64,000 nucleotides of DNA from Chloroherpetonaceae bacterium (GCA_046292465.1 JBKBRB010000004.1:36329-100328), one strand, 5' to 3'; positions 31,018 through 42,163 are shown, numbered from the stretch's first letter. Notes: generated from the sequence alone by a model not told the origin. A program made the numbers and translations.

Positions 31018-31476
31018 ATGACACTCAAAGAACGAATCAACGAAGAAATCAAAGCCGCTATGAAAAGCGGGGACAAGTTGCGCCTTGAAACCGTGCGCGA
31101 CATCAAGAAACATATCATTGAGAAAGAAACCGCTGAAAAGCGCGCCCAACGTGGCGACCTCACGCCTGAAGAGGAAATCGAAGTCCTGACCGCCATGGCA
31201 AAGCGTCGCAAAGATGCGCTCGAGCAATTCTCTAACGCCGGTCGTCCCGAATTAGCAGAAAAAGAAAAAAACGAACTTGCCATCATTCAAGAGTTCTTGC
31301 CGAAGCAACTCTCAGAAGCCGAAATCAAGGACGTCTTGACGCGCATTATCAGCCAAGTCGGTGCCAAGACGCAAAAAGAAATGGGCAAAGTGATGGGCGC
31401 CGCCATGAAAGAACTCAAAGGCAAAGCCGACGGCAGTCTCGTTCAGAAAGTTTTGAAAGACATTCTGCCTGCATAA
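31018..31476 (+). CDS. GatB/YqeY domain protein
   Basis: 'IKAAMKS', 'FLPKQLS', 'MGKVMG...KGKADG'. Confidence 0.93.
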   Translation: MTLKERINEEIKAAMKSGDKLRLETVRDIKKHIIEKETAEKRAQRGDLTPEEEIEVLTAMAKRRKDALEQFSNAGRPELAEKEKNELAIIQEFLPKQLSEAEIKDVLTRIISQVGAKTQKEMGKVMGAAMKELKGKADGSLVQKVLKDILPA

Positions 31477-31582
31477 CTCGCACTGATTGCCATCCCCCCA
31501 CACTTTCTTTGTGTTCACGATTCCGCGCAAATGTTTTATCTTCTCGCCGTTTCAATCATCCTTCCAAAACGAGAACTTGCAG

Positions 31583-32335
31583 ATGAAACTCACGCCGATT
31601 GATATAAAAAAACACTCTTTCAACACTGGCTTTCGTGGATTTGTGCCCGAAGAGGTTGAAGCGTTTTTAGATACCGTTTCGCGCCAATGGGAAGAACTTT
31701 TAGATGAACTCGACCGCGCTAAGCGGCGCATTGCCGAATTGGAAGGAGAAAATCGCAAGTATAAAGACGTCGAGTCGATGCTTCACCAGACCCTCGCGCA
31801 AGCCCAGCAAAGCACCAACAGCGTTATCGAGAACGCCAAGCGCGAAGCTGAACTCATTCGCCAAGAAGCCGAAATCAAAAGCCAACAACTCATTGAACGC
31901 GCCAAACTCGAAGTCTCTGCTATGGGCGACGATGTTCGGCGGCTCGAGGCACAAAAGCGCGAACTCATCGCTAAACTTCGTATGCTCCTTTCTTCTCAAC
32001 TTGAACTCTTAAATGCGTTCAGCGACGACGAAGAAAGTTTCATTCTCCAACAATTCGCTAACAAGAAACTTTTATCGGAACAGAAAACTGCACAAACGAG
32101 CGAAACTCCGGCACAGCCCGCCGCCGCGCCTCTCTTGCAAGAATCTTCACCCGATTCACTCAATAAGCAACCTTCCGAATCTGCCCCGACGCAAAGTCTT
32201 GAAAAAGAAACGGTCTCTCCCGAACCAAAGCCGTCGCAGACAGTCAAAATTGAAGTTCCTGTCGAACCTAATCACAGAAGCCCCGCCACCAAAAAGACGA
32301 TTAACATCGACGACATTTTAAGCGGACTCGAATAG
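31583..32335 (+). CDS. DivIVA domain protein
   Basis: 'MKLTPIDIKKHSFNTGFRGFVPEEVEAFL' followed by coiled coil. Confidence 0.9.
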   Translation: MKLTPIDIKKHSFNTGFRGFVPEEVEAFLDTVSRQWEELLDELDRAKRRIAELEGENRKYKDVESMLHQTLAQAQQSTNSVIENAKREAELIRQEAEIKSQQLIERAKLEVSAMGDDVRRLEAQKRELIAKLRMLLSSQLELLNAFSDDEESFILQQFANKKLLSEQKTAQTSETPAQPAAAPLLQESSPDSLNKQPSESAPTQSLEKETVSPEPKPSQTVKIEVPVEPNHRSPATKKTINIDDILSGLE

Positions 32336-32338
32336 CCA

Positions 32339-33565
32339 ATGGCATCGCTATTGATTCACAACGCCGCCCAAATTGCGACTGCCATAGGGCGTTACGCACG
32401 CGGCACAGACATGAACAATCTGCGCCTTTATGAACGCGCCTCGATTTACATTCAAGACGGAATCATTCGCGCTATTGGCACGCCTCTCGAACTTGAACAA
32501 TCATTTCCGCCCGCTTCACAAGTCATTGACGCAACAAATTGCACCGTTATTCCGGGGTTGATTGATTCGCACACGCATCTTGTTTTCGCTGGCTCGCGCG
32601 AAAAAGAATTTGCGCTTCGGCTTTCTGGTGCGACCTACCAAGAAATCGCCGCACAAGGCGGCGGCATTCTTTCAACAGTTTCAGCCACACGCAAGGCTTC
32701 AAAAGATGAACTCAAATCTATCGCCTCCCGTTACCTTGCACTGGCATTGGCGCACGGCACCACGACGATGGAAGTCAAAACAGGCTACGGACTCGATGAA
32801 GAAACCGAACTCAAATTGCTTGATGTGATTGAAGAACTCAATGCGGAACAGCCAATCACGCTTGTGCCGACCTTTCTCGGCGCACATGCCTTTCCGCCTG
32901 ATTGCACGAAGTCGGAGTATCTCGTTTTGCTTCATCGGCTTCTGCCGCGCGTTGCTACAAAAGCCAAGTTTATTGACGCTTTCGTGGAAGAAAATTATTT
33001 CAGTCTTGAACAAACCGAATCGCTCTGCCGTGAAGCCAAACAATTTGGACTTCTGCCGCGCTTGCACGTCAATCAATTTTCATCGAGCGGCGGCGTGGCG
33101 TTAGGGCTTCGGCTCGGTGCAGTTTCGCTCGATCATTTAGAGAAACTCTCCAACGAGGAAATTCACTTGCTTGCGCAGTCGGAAACCGTTGCCACGCTCT
33201 TGCCATGCGTTTCGCTCTTTCTGGGCTATGGCTATCCGCCTGCACGAACCTTGATAGATTCAGGGGCGATTGTCGCGATTGCCTCGAACTTCAATCCGGG
33301 AAGCGCGATGAACCTCAACATGCAACTCGTGATGTTTGTGGCTTGCGCGCAGATGTCGCTTTCTCCAAACGAAGCCTTAACAGCGGCGACGCTCAATGCG
33401 GCATATTCGCTCGGACTTTCTGAAAAACTCGGCTCGATTGAAATCGGCAAACAAGCCGACCTTGTTATTCTCGACACCCCAACTTTCGAGCAAGCGATTT
33501 ATTTCTTCGGAATCAATCATTCAAAAACAGTTATCAAAAACGGCGTTGTAGTATGGACGTGCTAA
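32339..33565 (+). CDS. hutI: Imidazolonepropionase
   Basis: 'PGLIDSHTHLVFAGSR', 'GGGILSTV', 'EVKTGYG', 'NFNPGS'. Confidence 0.95.
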   Translation: MASLLIHNAAQIATAIGRYARGTDMNNLRLYERASIYIQDGIIRAIGTPLELEQSFPPASQVIDATNCTVIPGLIDSHTHLVFAGSREKEFALRLSGATYQEIAAQGGGILSTVSATRKASKDELKSIASRYLALALAHGTTTMEVKTGYGLDEETELKLLDVIEELNAEQPITLVPTFLGAHAFPPDCTKSEYLVLLHRLLPRVATKAKFIDAFVEENYFSLEQTESLCREAKQFGLLPRLHVNQFSSSGGVALGLRLGAVSLDHLEKLSNEEIHLLAQSETVATLLPCVSLFLGYGYPPARTLIDSGAIVAIASNFNPGSAMNLNMQLVMFVACAQMSLSPNEALTAATLNAAYSLGLSEKLGSIEIGKQADLVILDTPTFEQAIYFFGINHSKTVIKNGVVVWTC

Positions 33566-34509
33566 AACTTTTCGATTTAACTTTTCGCCCCGACGAATCT
33601 CTTTTCTTTCAAAAGAACGATGCCAACGACATTCGCTTCGGCGAAATCGTTAAAGCCGACATTCGGTTTTATCGCAAGGCAAAGTTTGTGATTCTTGGCG
33701 TGCCGCAAGACGAAGGCGTCAAGCGTAATAAGGGACGCGAAGGAGCGCGACACGCACCTGACGACATTCGCCGCGCCTTTTACAAACTGCCCATTCCAAA
33801 CACGATTTCGGAGGGCGATGTGTTTGATATTGGCAACACGCTTGTTCAAGGCTCGTTGGAGCAAATTCACGAACGGCATTGCCAAGTGATTGAGCAACTG
33901 TTGCGCGATGAAAAAATCGTCATCGTCTTTGGCGGCGGCAACGATATTTCTTATCCCGATTGCAAAGCGTTGAAACAAGTCTTTTCAGAAGTGATGGCGT
34001 TCAACATTGATGCGCATTTTGATGTTCGCGCCGACACGCCTTGCAACAGTGGCACGCCGTATCGCCAACTGTTAGAGGAGAATCTTCTTTCGCCTGAATA
34101 CTTTTTTGAAATTGGCTCTCAACCGTTTGCCAATTCCGCCGCTTATCAAACTTACTTGATAGAGAAAGGCGTTGCGATTCATCCGCTGGAGAGCATTCGC
34201 CGATACGGCATTGACCAACGCCTTGAAGACATTATTCGGCACTTTACTGCGCCGCGTGCAATTTTTTGGGGAATCGATATGGATTCGGTTCGAGCCAGCG
34301 ACGCGCCGGGCGTGAGCGCGCCCTCACCGATTGGATTCAGCGCGGAAGAAATTTGCCATATTGCCGGCATTGCAGGAAAACATAAGCGCAGTAAGTTGTT
34401 GGAAATTACCGAAGTCAATCCCGAGTTCGATATTGACGGACGCACCGCCAAACTTGCCGCGCTCATCACGGCGTATTTCATTCGCGAAAAATCAACCTTT
34501 GAACGCTGA
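33553..34509 (+). CDS. hutG: Formimidoylglutamase (arginase family)
   Basis: '[13 protein letters not shown]', 'GGGND', 'DAHFD', 'NSGTPY', 'APGVSAP'; follows hutI. Confidence 0.9.
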   Translation: MDVLKLFDLTFRPDESLFFQKNDANDIRFGEIVKADIRFYRKAKFVILGVPQDEGVKRNKGREGARHAPDDIRRAFYKLPIPNTISEGDVFDIGNTLVQGSLEQIHERHCQVIEQLLRDEKIVIVFGGGNDISYPDCKALKQVFSEVMAFNIDAHFDVRADTPCNSGTPYRQLLEENLLSPEYFFEIGSQPFANSAAYQTYLIEKGVAIHPLESIRRYGIDQRLEDIIRHFTAPRAIFWGIDMDSVRASDAPGVSAPSPIGFSAEEICHIAGIAGKHKRSKLLEITEVNPEFDIDGRTAKLAALITAYFIREKSTFER

Positions 34510-34513
34510 ACAC

Positions 34514-35281
34514 ATGCAAGCACAATCACGCGCCATTCTCCGCTCCGAATCGCTGCGAAAAGTCTATAAAAAACGTGCCGTCGTTAAAGACTCGACGATT
34601 GAAGTCCAACAAGGCGAAATCGTAGGACTTTTGGGACCGAACGGCGCAGGCAAAACGACAACCTTTTACATGATTGTCGGCTTCATTCAGCCTGACAGCG
34701 GCAAAGTGTTTTTGAACGACATTGACATTACGCGAGAGCCGATGTATAAACGCGCTCGGCTTGGCATTGGCTACTTGCCACAAGAGCGTTCCGTTTTTCA
34801 GAAACTCACGGTTGAAGAAAACATTTTAGGCATTCTTGAATTTTCAAACCTTCCGCGCAAAGCGCAATTAGAACGCACCGAACAACTGCTCGAGGAGTTT
34901 GGCATTACGCACATTCGTAAATCGATGGGCTACGCACTTTCAGGCGGAGAGCGTCGGCGGTGCGAAATTGCACGCGCCCTTGCGCTCGAGCCGAAATTCA
35001 TCTTGCTTGACGAACCCTTTGCAGGCGTCGACCCGATTGCCGTCGAAGACATTCAACACACCGTTGCGCGCCTCAAAGAACGCAACATCGGCATTTTAAT
35101 CACCGACCACAACGTCGATGAAACGCTTTCTATCACGAACCGCGCTTACATTATGTTCGATGGCGAAATTTTGCGACAAGGTGCGCCCGAAGACCTTGCT
35201 AACGACCCCGTCGTGCGCAAACTTTACTTAGGCGAGAAATTCCGACTGCGCGAAAGCGATGATGTTGAACGCACTCCTTAA
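34514..35281 (+). CDS. lptB: LPS export ABC transporter ATP-binding protein
   Basis: [12 protein letters not shown], '[15 protein letters not shown]', '[12 protein letters not shown]', 'ITDHNV'. Confidence 0.95.
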   Translation: MQAQSRAILRSESLRKVYKKRAVVKDSTIEVQQGEIVGLLGPNGAGKTTTFYMIVGFIQPDSGKVFLNDIDITREPMYKRARLGIGYLPQERSVFQKLTVEENILGILEFSNLPRKAQLERTEQLLEEFGITHIRKSMGYALSGGERRRCEIARALALEPKFILLDEPFAGVDPIAVEDIQHTVARLKERNIGILITDHNVDETLSITNRAYIMFDGEILRQGAPEDLANDPVVRKLYLGEKFRLRESDDVERTP

Positions 35282-35286
35282 TACAC

Positions 35287-36192
35287 ATGAACGCGACTGA
35301 TACAACCGCCTCCGCACTTGAAGGGTGGCTTCTCGTAACGAAACCACGCACGCTCACCGCCGCGATTGTTCCCGTCATGCTTGGCTCGTCGCTTGCCTAC
35401 GCCGACGGCACTGTGGATTGGCTTTCCACGACGATTGCGCTGATATGCTCCTTGCTCATTCAAATTGCGACCAACATCATCAACGACCTTTACGACTTCC
35501 GTAAAGGCGCAGACAATGAAAAACGGCTCGGCGCGAAAAAAGCCTTAACCGCAGGCTTGCTCACCGAAAAGCAACTGGTTCGTGCCATCGTTATCGTTAT
35601 GCTCACCGCATTTCTTTTGGGGCTGATTCTCGTTTGGCGTGCAGGCTGGGTGATTTTAGCCATCGGATTGGCGTCGCTCTTCTTTGCGTGGGCATATACA
35701 GGCGGCAAGTATTCGCTTGCCTATCTCGGTCTTGGCGATGTATTTGTGTTTCTCTTTTTCGGATTGGCGGCAGTGTGCGGAACATATTACTTGCATCACC
35801 ATTCGTTTTCGCTCTCGTCGGTTGTGGTTGCAACGGGTGCGGGCGCGATTGCCACAAACATTTTGGGCGTTAATAACTTGCGCGATATTCCTACCGACCG
35901 CGAAGTTGGCAAGCGAACGCTCGCGGTGCGCTTTGGCGAAGCCTTTGCACGGCAGATGTATTATTGGTTGATGTTCATTTCATACACCATGCCGTTCGTC
36001 TTAGCCTTGATGGGATATGGCTACGCGCCCTTGCTTGCACTTCTTTCGCTTCCGTTTGCGTTCAAGCAGTGGCGCATCGTTGCCATTGAGCGTGGCAAAG
36101 CCTTGAACCCTGCACTCGGCGGAACAGCCCAACTGCTCTTCATTTACGGCGTGCTGTTGAGTGTGGGCTTGATTCTTTCTCGCTTCTTCTAA
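35287..36192 (+). CDS. menA: 1,4-dihydroxy-2-naphthoate polyprenyltransferase
   Basis: 'KPRTL', 'NDLYDFRKGAD', 'NNLRDIPTD...GKRTLAVR'. Confidence 0.92.
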   Translation: MNATDTTASALEGWLLVTKPRTLTAAIVPVMLGSSLAYADGTVDWLSTTIALICSLLIQIATNIINDLYDFRKGADNEKRLGAKKALTAGLLTEKQLVRAIVIVMLTAFLLGLILVWRAGWVILAIGLASLFFAWAYTGGKYSLAYLGLGDVFVFLFFGLAAVCGTYYLHHHSFSLSSVVVATGAGAIATNILGVNNLRDIPTDREVGKRTLAVRFGEAFARQMYYWLMFISYTMPFVLALMGYGYAPLLALLSLPFAFKQWRIVAIERGKALNPALGGTAQLLFIYGVLLSVGLILSRFF

Positions 36193-36203
36193 ATCAAAAT
36201 CAC

Positions 36204-37241
36204 ATGCTCTCTATCGGAATTATCGGCGTTGGAAAGTTAGGCGAACTGCACTTAAAGTTGCTCAAAGAACTTTCGGCAGAGCGTGGCGATATTTCAATCG
36301 CGGGCATCTATGATGAAAACGCAGAACGTTTGCGCGACATGTCGGCGCGATACAAAGTTCGCGCGTTTGATTCGATAGATTCCGCAAAAGCCGCATGTAA
36401 GGCTGTTATTTTAGCCGCCACAACCCGTGCGCACTACGAGATTGCCAAACCACTTCTTGAACGAGGCATTCACCTTTTCATCGAGAAGCCCATCACGGCT
36501 ACGATTGCACAAGCCGATGAACTCATTGCATTGGAAAAACAATACGGTGCGAAAATTCAAGTTGGGCACATTGAGCGATTCAACCCTGCACTTGTTGCGG
36601 CGGAGCCGTATCTCGGCAAGCCTTTGTTTATTGCGGCAGAGCGGCTGTCGGGGTTTTCAAAACGGGTAACGGATGTGTCGGTCGTGCTCGATTTGATGAT
36701 TCACGATATTGATTTAATTCTCTCGTTGGTCAAGTCTGATGTTCGGTCGGTGGCGGCGTCGGGCGCGTCAGTGTTTTCAAATGAATTGGATATTGCCAAC
36801 GCACGATTGGAGTTTGAGAACGGCACGGTGGCAACGGTCACAGCAAGTCGAATTAGTCGGAGCAAGGTTCGCAAGATGCGTTTCTTTTGTCAGAATCCGA
36901 ACAGTTATGCGTCGCTCGATTTGAGTTCGGGGAAGTCGGAAATTTTCCGAATTGTTGATGCGCCGTCCGACAGAAAGACCACGCTTAAAGAATTTGCAAT
37001 GCAGAAAATCGTCTCACTTTTCGGCGATATTCAAGACGCGCTGAACGGCAAAACGATAGAGTATCTTTCGCCCGAGCCGCCGAAACTTAACGCGCTCAAA
37101 GAGGAGCAAACGTGTTTCATTGAATCTATCTTGAACGGCAAGCCCATTCGCGTCGATTCACAAGCGGCACGGCGCGCACTCTTCGTTGCGGAAAGAATTA
37201 CCAAAGAAATTAAAACCGCATTGGCACGACAGACACAATAA
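36204..37241 (+). CDS. Gfo/Idh/MocA family oxidoreductase
   Basis: GVGKLG, 'EKP', 'VGHIERFNPA', 'DLMIHDID'. Confidence 0.92.
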   Translation: MLSIGIIGVGKLGELHLKLLKELSAERGDISIAGIYDENAERLRDMSARYKVRAFDSIDSAKAACKAVILAATTRAHYEIAKPLLERGIHLFIEKPITATIAQADELIALEKQYGAKIQVGHIERFNPALVAAEPYLGKPLFIAAERLSGFSKRVTDVSVVLDLMIHDIDLILSLVKSDVRSVAASGASVFSNELDIANARLEFENGTVATVTASRISRSKVRKMRFFCQNPNSYASLDLSSGKSEIFRIVDAPSDRKTTLKEFAMQKIVSLFGDIQDALNGKTIEYLSPEPPKLNALKEEQTCFIESILNGKPIRVDSQAARRALFVAERITKEIKTALARQTQ

Positions 37242-37259
37242 ACACTCGTCGAACAAGAC

Positions 37260-38082
37260 ATGATGACCAATAAACTCATTCAAGGCGATGCGCTTTCAGA
37301 GTTAGCAAAATTGCCCGCAGACTTTGTGCAATTGATTATCGCAGACCCGCCCTACTTTCAAGTATTGCTCGAAGAAGAATGGGACACACAATGGAAAACC
37401 GATGATGATTATCTCCAGTGGCGCCCTTGCTTGGGTTCGCGCCGCCGCCCGCGTGCTCAAAGACGATGGACTGTTTTACATCTTCGGACAACTTGGCAAG
37501 CGCGAACACATTTGGCTTCACTTCTGCTCGTTAGTCGCTAAAGAAATGCAGTTTCACGATATGATTATTTGGGATAGAGCCGTCGGATATAACGAGCGAT
37601 ACGATAGTTTCACGCCTTGCTACGAAATGATTTTAGTGCTTCGTAAGTCGGAACAAGCAAAGCCGTATTTCAACAAAGATGCAGTTCGGTTGCCTTACGA
37701 AGAAGAAAAAATCAAAACCTACTTGCGCGATAAACGATACAAGGACAAAGAAGCACGACTACTTCACCTTGAAAAAGGCAAGTATGCTACGAACATTTTG
37801 CGCGTTCCAAGTTTGAAAGGCTCTTCAAAAGAGAAAGCAGGTCATCCGTCACAAAAGCCTGAAAAATTGATTGAATACCTCATTTTGTCATCAAGTCGTC
37901 CGAATGACCTTGTTTTAGACTCGTTTGTTGGTTCAGGCACAACGGCAGTTGTTGCCGAGCGTTTGGGGCGGCAATGAATTGGCATTGAAACCAATCCGAA
38001 ATATCTCTCGATTGCTGAACAGCATTTAACCGCATTGCGAGAACAAAAAGATATGCCCCTTTTTAAGGCTTTTTCTTCTTGA
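37260..38082 (+). pseudogene. Beta-class N6A/N4C DNA methyltransferase, disrupted
   Basis: DPPY motif in the first frame; +1 frameshift near 37422 (tgg-c-gcc); 'HPSQKP', 'DSFVGSGTT'; premature TGA at 37975-37977 in RQ*IGIE; frame continues to TGA 38082. Confidence 0.85.
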
Positions 38083-38129
38083 AAGTGCGAGGCGGCGCAA
38101 TTATTGTTCGATGCACTTTTTCCCTTTAA

Positions 38130-39692
38130 TCATTCCGCTTTGCTCTTGGCAACATTGATGAGCCACTCGCGCTTTTCGCCTGAAATTACTTTGCGTTTTC
38201 TAACGACTTCGGTGAAGAAGTCATGATCGACAAAAGGCGTGCCGTTAACTTTCACTTCGCGTTGCAAGCCGAAGAGCGCGCCTAATTGCGCCGCCGCATA
38301 GTTGTTCGTTGCGACAACATAAACTTTCTCTTCATCGAGCGGTTTTCCTCCGACTGTAATTTCCTTGATGCGTTTTCCGTAGGGCAAGTTGCCGTTGTAT
38401 TTACAGACGACGCCCGACATATCGCAGAACTCGCCGCGTCCGTCAATTTGCCACTCCAACATGCCGCGCAATTCTTTGCCTGTGATTCCAAAAACCACGA
38501 AGGCGTTTCCGAAGGGCGAAATTTCCCACATATCTCTGACTCGAATCGGTCCAGCGTTGAGTGATTTGCGTATGCCACCGCTGTTTTGAATAGCAATATC
38601 AACTTTCAATTCTTCGCGCATCACATCGGTTTGCCATGTGCCAATGTTGGTCGATTCGCCAAATTTTGATTTCCAATCGGCTTTGAGAATGCCAATCTGC
38701 TCATCCATCATTTTCTTCATCGGAGCTTCCATTGAATCCACCATGGCTTGCACGCGCAGGTCGGGCGTGATGCTATCGGCATATGTTTCAATCAATTTGC
38801 CTGAAAAGCTCACGAGCGAATCGCCAACAGGGTCAATCACCAACTCCAACTCGCCGACATACTGCCCACGCGAGCCTGCTTGCACAATCACGCCGCCGCC
38901 TTTGCGAATTGGTTCAAAGAGCGGCGTATGCGAGTGTCCGCCGATGAACGCCACAATTTCAGGATAAATGCGTGAAAGCGTCAGGTCGTCGACATAATCA
39001 AGTTTATTGAGCAAACCGATATGACTAAGCACAATAATCGCATCAGGCTTTTCTTTGGCTTTTATTTCAGGCAGATACTTGCTTAGCACAATGCTATAAT
39101 CTTTCGCCTCCAATCCATCAATGTTTTCAGGTATAGACAGCAGCGGTAAATCGGTTGTAATCAATCCAATGATGACGATTTTAAGTCCGCCCCGCTCAAT
39201 CACTTTGTAAGGCGGAAAGAGTGGCTCGCCTGTTTTTGAGACAACCAAATTCGCGCAAATCACATCATACTTTGTTTCGGATAAGAGCGAGATGAAATTG
39301 TCTTTTCCGTAATCAAATTCGTGATTGCCGGGCACAACGGCGTCAGGTTTGAGTTCATTCATCAAAAGCACTTGCGAGCGTCCTTTGGTGAAGTTTGAAA
39401 TCGGTGTGCCTTGAAAATCGTCGCCCGCAAAGAGCACGAGCGAGCGGTCAGGCGCAAGATTGCGGAGCGAATCGATATAGCCTTTCAAAACTGCGCTTCC
39501 GCCAACGCGATAGGGCTTGCCGTCTTTGCGTAAGGTGCGCGTCGTGTTCTGCGCGTGAAAGTCGTTCCAATGAATAATCTTGATGGTCTTGTATTGTGAG
39601 GCGAGGGACGTCGTGCTCTTTGAAGAGCCGCACCCCAAAAGTGCAAACAATGAAAAAACAACGGCACCGAGAAAGGCGATTCGCGTCAGCAT
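38130..39692 (-). CDS. 5'-nucleotidase / bifunctional metallophosphatase lipoprotein
   Basis: Lipobox LLGC, 'NDFH', 'GD', 'GNHEFD', 'GGHSH', 'NSGGIR'. Confidence 0.93.
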   Translation of the reverse strand: MLTRIAFLGAVVFSLFALLGCGSSKSTTSLASQYKTIKIIHWNDFHAQNTTRTLRKDGKPYRVGGSAVLKGYIDSLRNLAPDRSLVLFAGDDFQGTPISNFTKGRSQVLLMNELKPDAVVPGNHEFDYGKDNFISLLSETKYDVICANLVVSKTGEPLFPPYKVIERGGLKIVIIGLITTDLPLLSIPENIDGLEAKDYSIVLSKYLPEIKAKEKPDAIIVLSHIGLLNKLDYVDDLTLSRIYPEIVAFIGGHSHTPLFEPIRKGGGVIVQAGSRGQYVGELELVIDPVGDSLVSFSGKLIETYADSITPDLRVQAMVDSMEAPMKKMMDEQIGILKADWKSKFGESTNIGTWQTDVMREELKVDIAIQNSGGIRKSLNAGPIRVRDMWEISPFGNAFVVFGITGKELRGMLEWQIDGRGEFCDMSGVVCKYNGNLPYGKRIKEITVGGKPLDEEKVYVVATNNYAAAQLGALFGLQREVKVNGTPFVDHDFFTEVVRKRKVISGEKREWLINVAKSKAE

Positions 39693-39793
39693 ACCTTTTG
39701 TGTGATTCTGAGTTAAAGAGATTCAGTGAAGCCCTGAAAATACCGAGCGAGATGAAGGTTCAGTGTAAAGAAATAGTAAAAAAATGATGAAGA

Positions 39794-39819
39794 AAGGACT
39801 GCACAGAGAGGCAGTCCTT
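39794..39819 (-). terminator. Intrinsic terminator after glutaredoxin-like gene
   Basis: aaggactgc...gcagtcctt stem. Confidence 0.65.
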
Positions 39820-39823
39820 CTTG

Positions 39824-40084
39824 TCAAAGCAAGAGTGCGTCGAGCAACTGTTGAGGTCGGGGATTGACGAGCACTTTGGTTTCGCCGCTCTCGTGCTCTA
39901 AAAGAAGCGTCGGAACACTTCGCTTGCCATTGGCATGGTGCATGACGATTTCCGCCGCGCCTTCAACTTTTTCAATGTCAACTTTTTCGTAAGGGATTTG
40001 TTGGTCAGTTAAAATGCGTTCGGTTCGGTGGCAGTCGGGGCACCACGAGGTCGAGTACATGATGATTTTTTTTGGTTTTGGCAT
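39824..40084 (-). CDS. Glutaredoxin/mycoredoxin-like protein
   Basis: 'MYSTSWCPDC', 'NGKRSVPT'. Confidence 0.88.
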   Translation of the reverse strand: MPKPKKIIMYSTSWCPDCHRTERILTDQQIPYEKVDIEKVEGAAEIVMHHANGKRSVPTLLLEHESGETKVLVNPRPQQLLDALLL

Positions 40085-40100
40085 AACTTGACAGTGTATT

Positions 40101-40138
40101 AAAAAAGAGCGAAGCTGTTTGAGTGAACTCCGCTCTTT
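40101..40138 (-). terminator. Terminator-like hairpin between trxA and the glutaredoxin-like gene
   Basis: Minus strand aaagagcg...cgctctttttt. Confidence 0.6.
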
Positions 40139-40157
40139 GATTTCAGGTTCTTTGATT

Positions 40158-40496
40158 TCAAGCCACACCAGCAGGAAGTTGCAATTTTAATTTTCCTTCA
40201 AGCACGCCTTTGGGCACAGCACCAACGATTTGGTCGACGACTTTTCCATTCTTAAAAATGAGCAAGGTCGGAATAGAGCGGATTCCGAATTGCATTGAAA
40301 TTTGCGGGTTTTCGTCGACATTGACTTTGGCGACTTTCGCTTTGCCCTCGTATTCATTCGCCAATTCTTCAACAATCGGCGCAATCATACGGCACGGACC
40401 ACACCAAGGTGCCCAAAAATCTACTAAAACAGGCTTATCTGATTTCAGCACTTCGCTCTCGAAGGTCGCGTCGCTGACAGTGAGATATTTCGACAT
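40158..40496 (-). CDS. trxA: Thioredoxin
   Basis: WCGPC active site, 'IRSIPT'. Confidence 0.97.
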   Translation of the reverse strand: MSKYLTVSDATFESEVLKSDKPVLVDFWAPWCGPCRMIAPIVEELANEYEGKAKVAKVNVDENPQISMQFGIRSIPTLLIFKNGKVVDQIVGAVPKGVLEGKLKLQLPAGVA

Positions 40497-40648
40497 AATG
40501 ATTTGCATTTAAGTGTTTAAGTTGAAAAAACTTTTGCCGCTTAAAATTACAGTTTTGCCTTCAATCATATCGCTTTTTTTTCACGAAAAGGTTTCGGTCG
40601 AGTATGGACAACGATGTTGCTGAAAATTCTTTTACGTGCGGTTGATTG

Positions 40649-42163
40649 TTAGTCGCGTCCTGATTTGCGCTGCACTTTTTCGTAGGCTTCTTCGTCGCTC
40701 AAGAGTTTTTTCCAAGTGGTTTCGTTCTTGCGAAGCGTGTATTCGCCGTTTGAGCCTGCTTTGCGCTTTGAGAAGTCGCGACGCTTAAAGCCATTGACTT
40801 TGGAGTCGTTGTTCTTGAAGTCGCGTTTGGATTTTTCGCTTTGTTTGCCAGAGCGTTCGTTGCGCTTTGAGGATGTCTGTCCTGTGCCAATTTTCTTGCC
40901 TTCATAATTTTTGAAGGCGTTGAATGGACGTTGCCTTTCGTGTTCGTTTCGTCGATGGCGATGTTGCTTTTGACTTTCTTCTTCTGGCTTCAATCGCGAA
41001 ATCCCTTCTTCTTTGAGCAGGTCTGCGGTTTCCGTGCCTGAAAAGTTCGGGTAGTTCTCGAGTTGCAGGCGTTTGCCGATAAATTCGGCGATGCGTCGGA
41101 AGTGCTTGTATTCATCGCGAGCGACGAAGGTGATGGCATCGCCTGTGGCGGCGGCGCGTCCTGTTCTGCCAATGCGGTGCACGTAGTCTTCGGCGAAGTT
41201 CGGCGTGTCGTAGTTAATGACATGGGAAATGCCTTCAATGTCGATGCCGCGCGCCGCGATGTCGGTGGCGACGAGCACTTTGTAATGCTTCTGCCGAAAT
41301 CCCTTCAAGGCTCTTTCGCGATGCGATTGCGTGCGATTGGAGTGAATCGCAACGGCTTTGATGCCATGCTGTTCCAATCGATGTTGAATTTTATCTGCGC
41401 CATGCTTTGTGCGTGAAAAGACCAGCACGCTATCCATTTCAACCGTATCCAAAATGTGAAAGAGCAGTGCCGTTTTTTGGTCTTGCTCGACTTTGTAGAA
41501 TTTTTGTGTAACGGAATCCGCAGGTTTGCGCTCTTCGCCGACTTGCACAAGTTTCGGCGAGCGTTGCACCGATGCCGTCAGCGACTTAATGCCTTGCGAC
41601 ATGGTTGCCGAGAAGAGCAAGGTTTGACGCGCTTGTGGAAGTAGAGCAATAATTTTTTTGACGTCATGAACGAAGCCCATATCGAGCATTCGGTCGGCTT
41701 CGTCCAAGACGAGCGTTTCAACTTTGGAGAGGTCAATCGTTCTGCGGTTCAAATGGTCAATGAGGCGACCGGGCGTGGCAATCACAATATCAAAGCCGCG
41801 ACGCAAGTGTGAAATTTGACGAAACATATCGACGCCGCCGTAAATCGTGGCGGAAAAAAGTTTCATGAAACGTCCGTAGTTTTTGATTGAGGCTTCGATT
41901 TGTGTGGCGAGTTCGCGCGTCGGCGTCAGAATGAGGGCGCGCACGTGTCGGGGGGTTGGCGGCTCAGAGAGCGAGAGTTTATGCAAAATAGGAAGCACAA
42001 AGGCGGCGGTTTTACCTGTTCCTGTTTGTGCCAGTCCTATGATGTCTTGCCCTTGAACAGCAAGCGGTATCGCGCGTGATTGAATTTCAGTAGGCGCAGT
42101 GTAGCCAGTTGCAAGAATCCCTTGCACCAGCGCGTCGGAAAGTCCGAGTGTGGTAAATGACAT
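40649..42163 (-). CDS. DEAD-box RNA helicase (RhlE-like) with basic C-terminal tail
   Basis: AQTGTGKT, PTRELA, DEAD, SAT, ARGID, HRIGRTGR. Confidence 0.95.
   Translation of the reverse strand: MSFTTLGLSDALVQGILATGYTAPTEIQSRAIPLAVQGQDIIGLAQTGTGKTAAFVLPILHKLSLSEPPTPRHVRALILTPTRELATQIEASIKNYGRFMKLFSATIYGGVDMFRQISHLRRGFDIVIATPGRLIDHLNRRTIDLSKVETLVLDEADRMLDMGFVHDVKKIIALLPQARQTLLFSATMSQGIKSLTASVQRSPKLVQVGEERKPADSVTQKFYKVEQDQKTALLFHILDTVEMDSVLVFSRTKHGADKIQHRLEQHGIKAVAIHSNRTQSHRERALKGFRQKHYKVLVATDIAARGIDIEGISHVINYDTPNFAEDYVHRIGRTGRAAATGDAITFVARDEYKHFRRIAEFIGKRLQLENYPNFSGTETADLLKEEGISRLKPEEESQKQHRHRRNEHERQRPFNAFKNYEGKKIGTGQTSSKRNERSGKQSEKSKRDFKNNDSKVNGFKRRDFSKRKAGSNGEYTLRKNETTWKKLLSDEEAYEKVQRKSGRD

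Noticed and set aside
37975..37977. Selenocysteine or TGA=Trp recoding
   Set aside because: TGA is a normal stop in many genes here, and the same gene also has a frameshift, so pseudogene is the simpler reading
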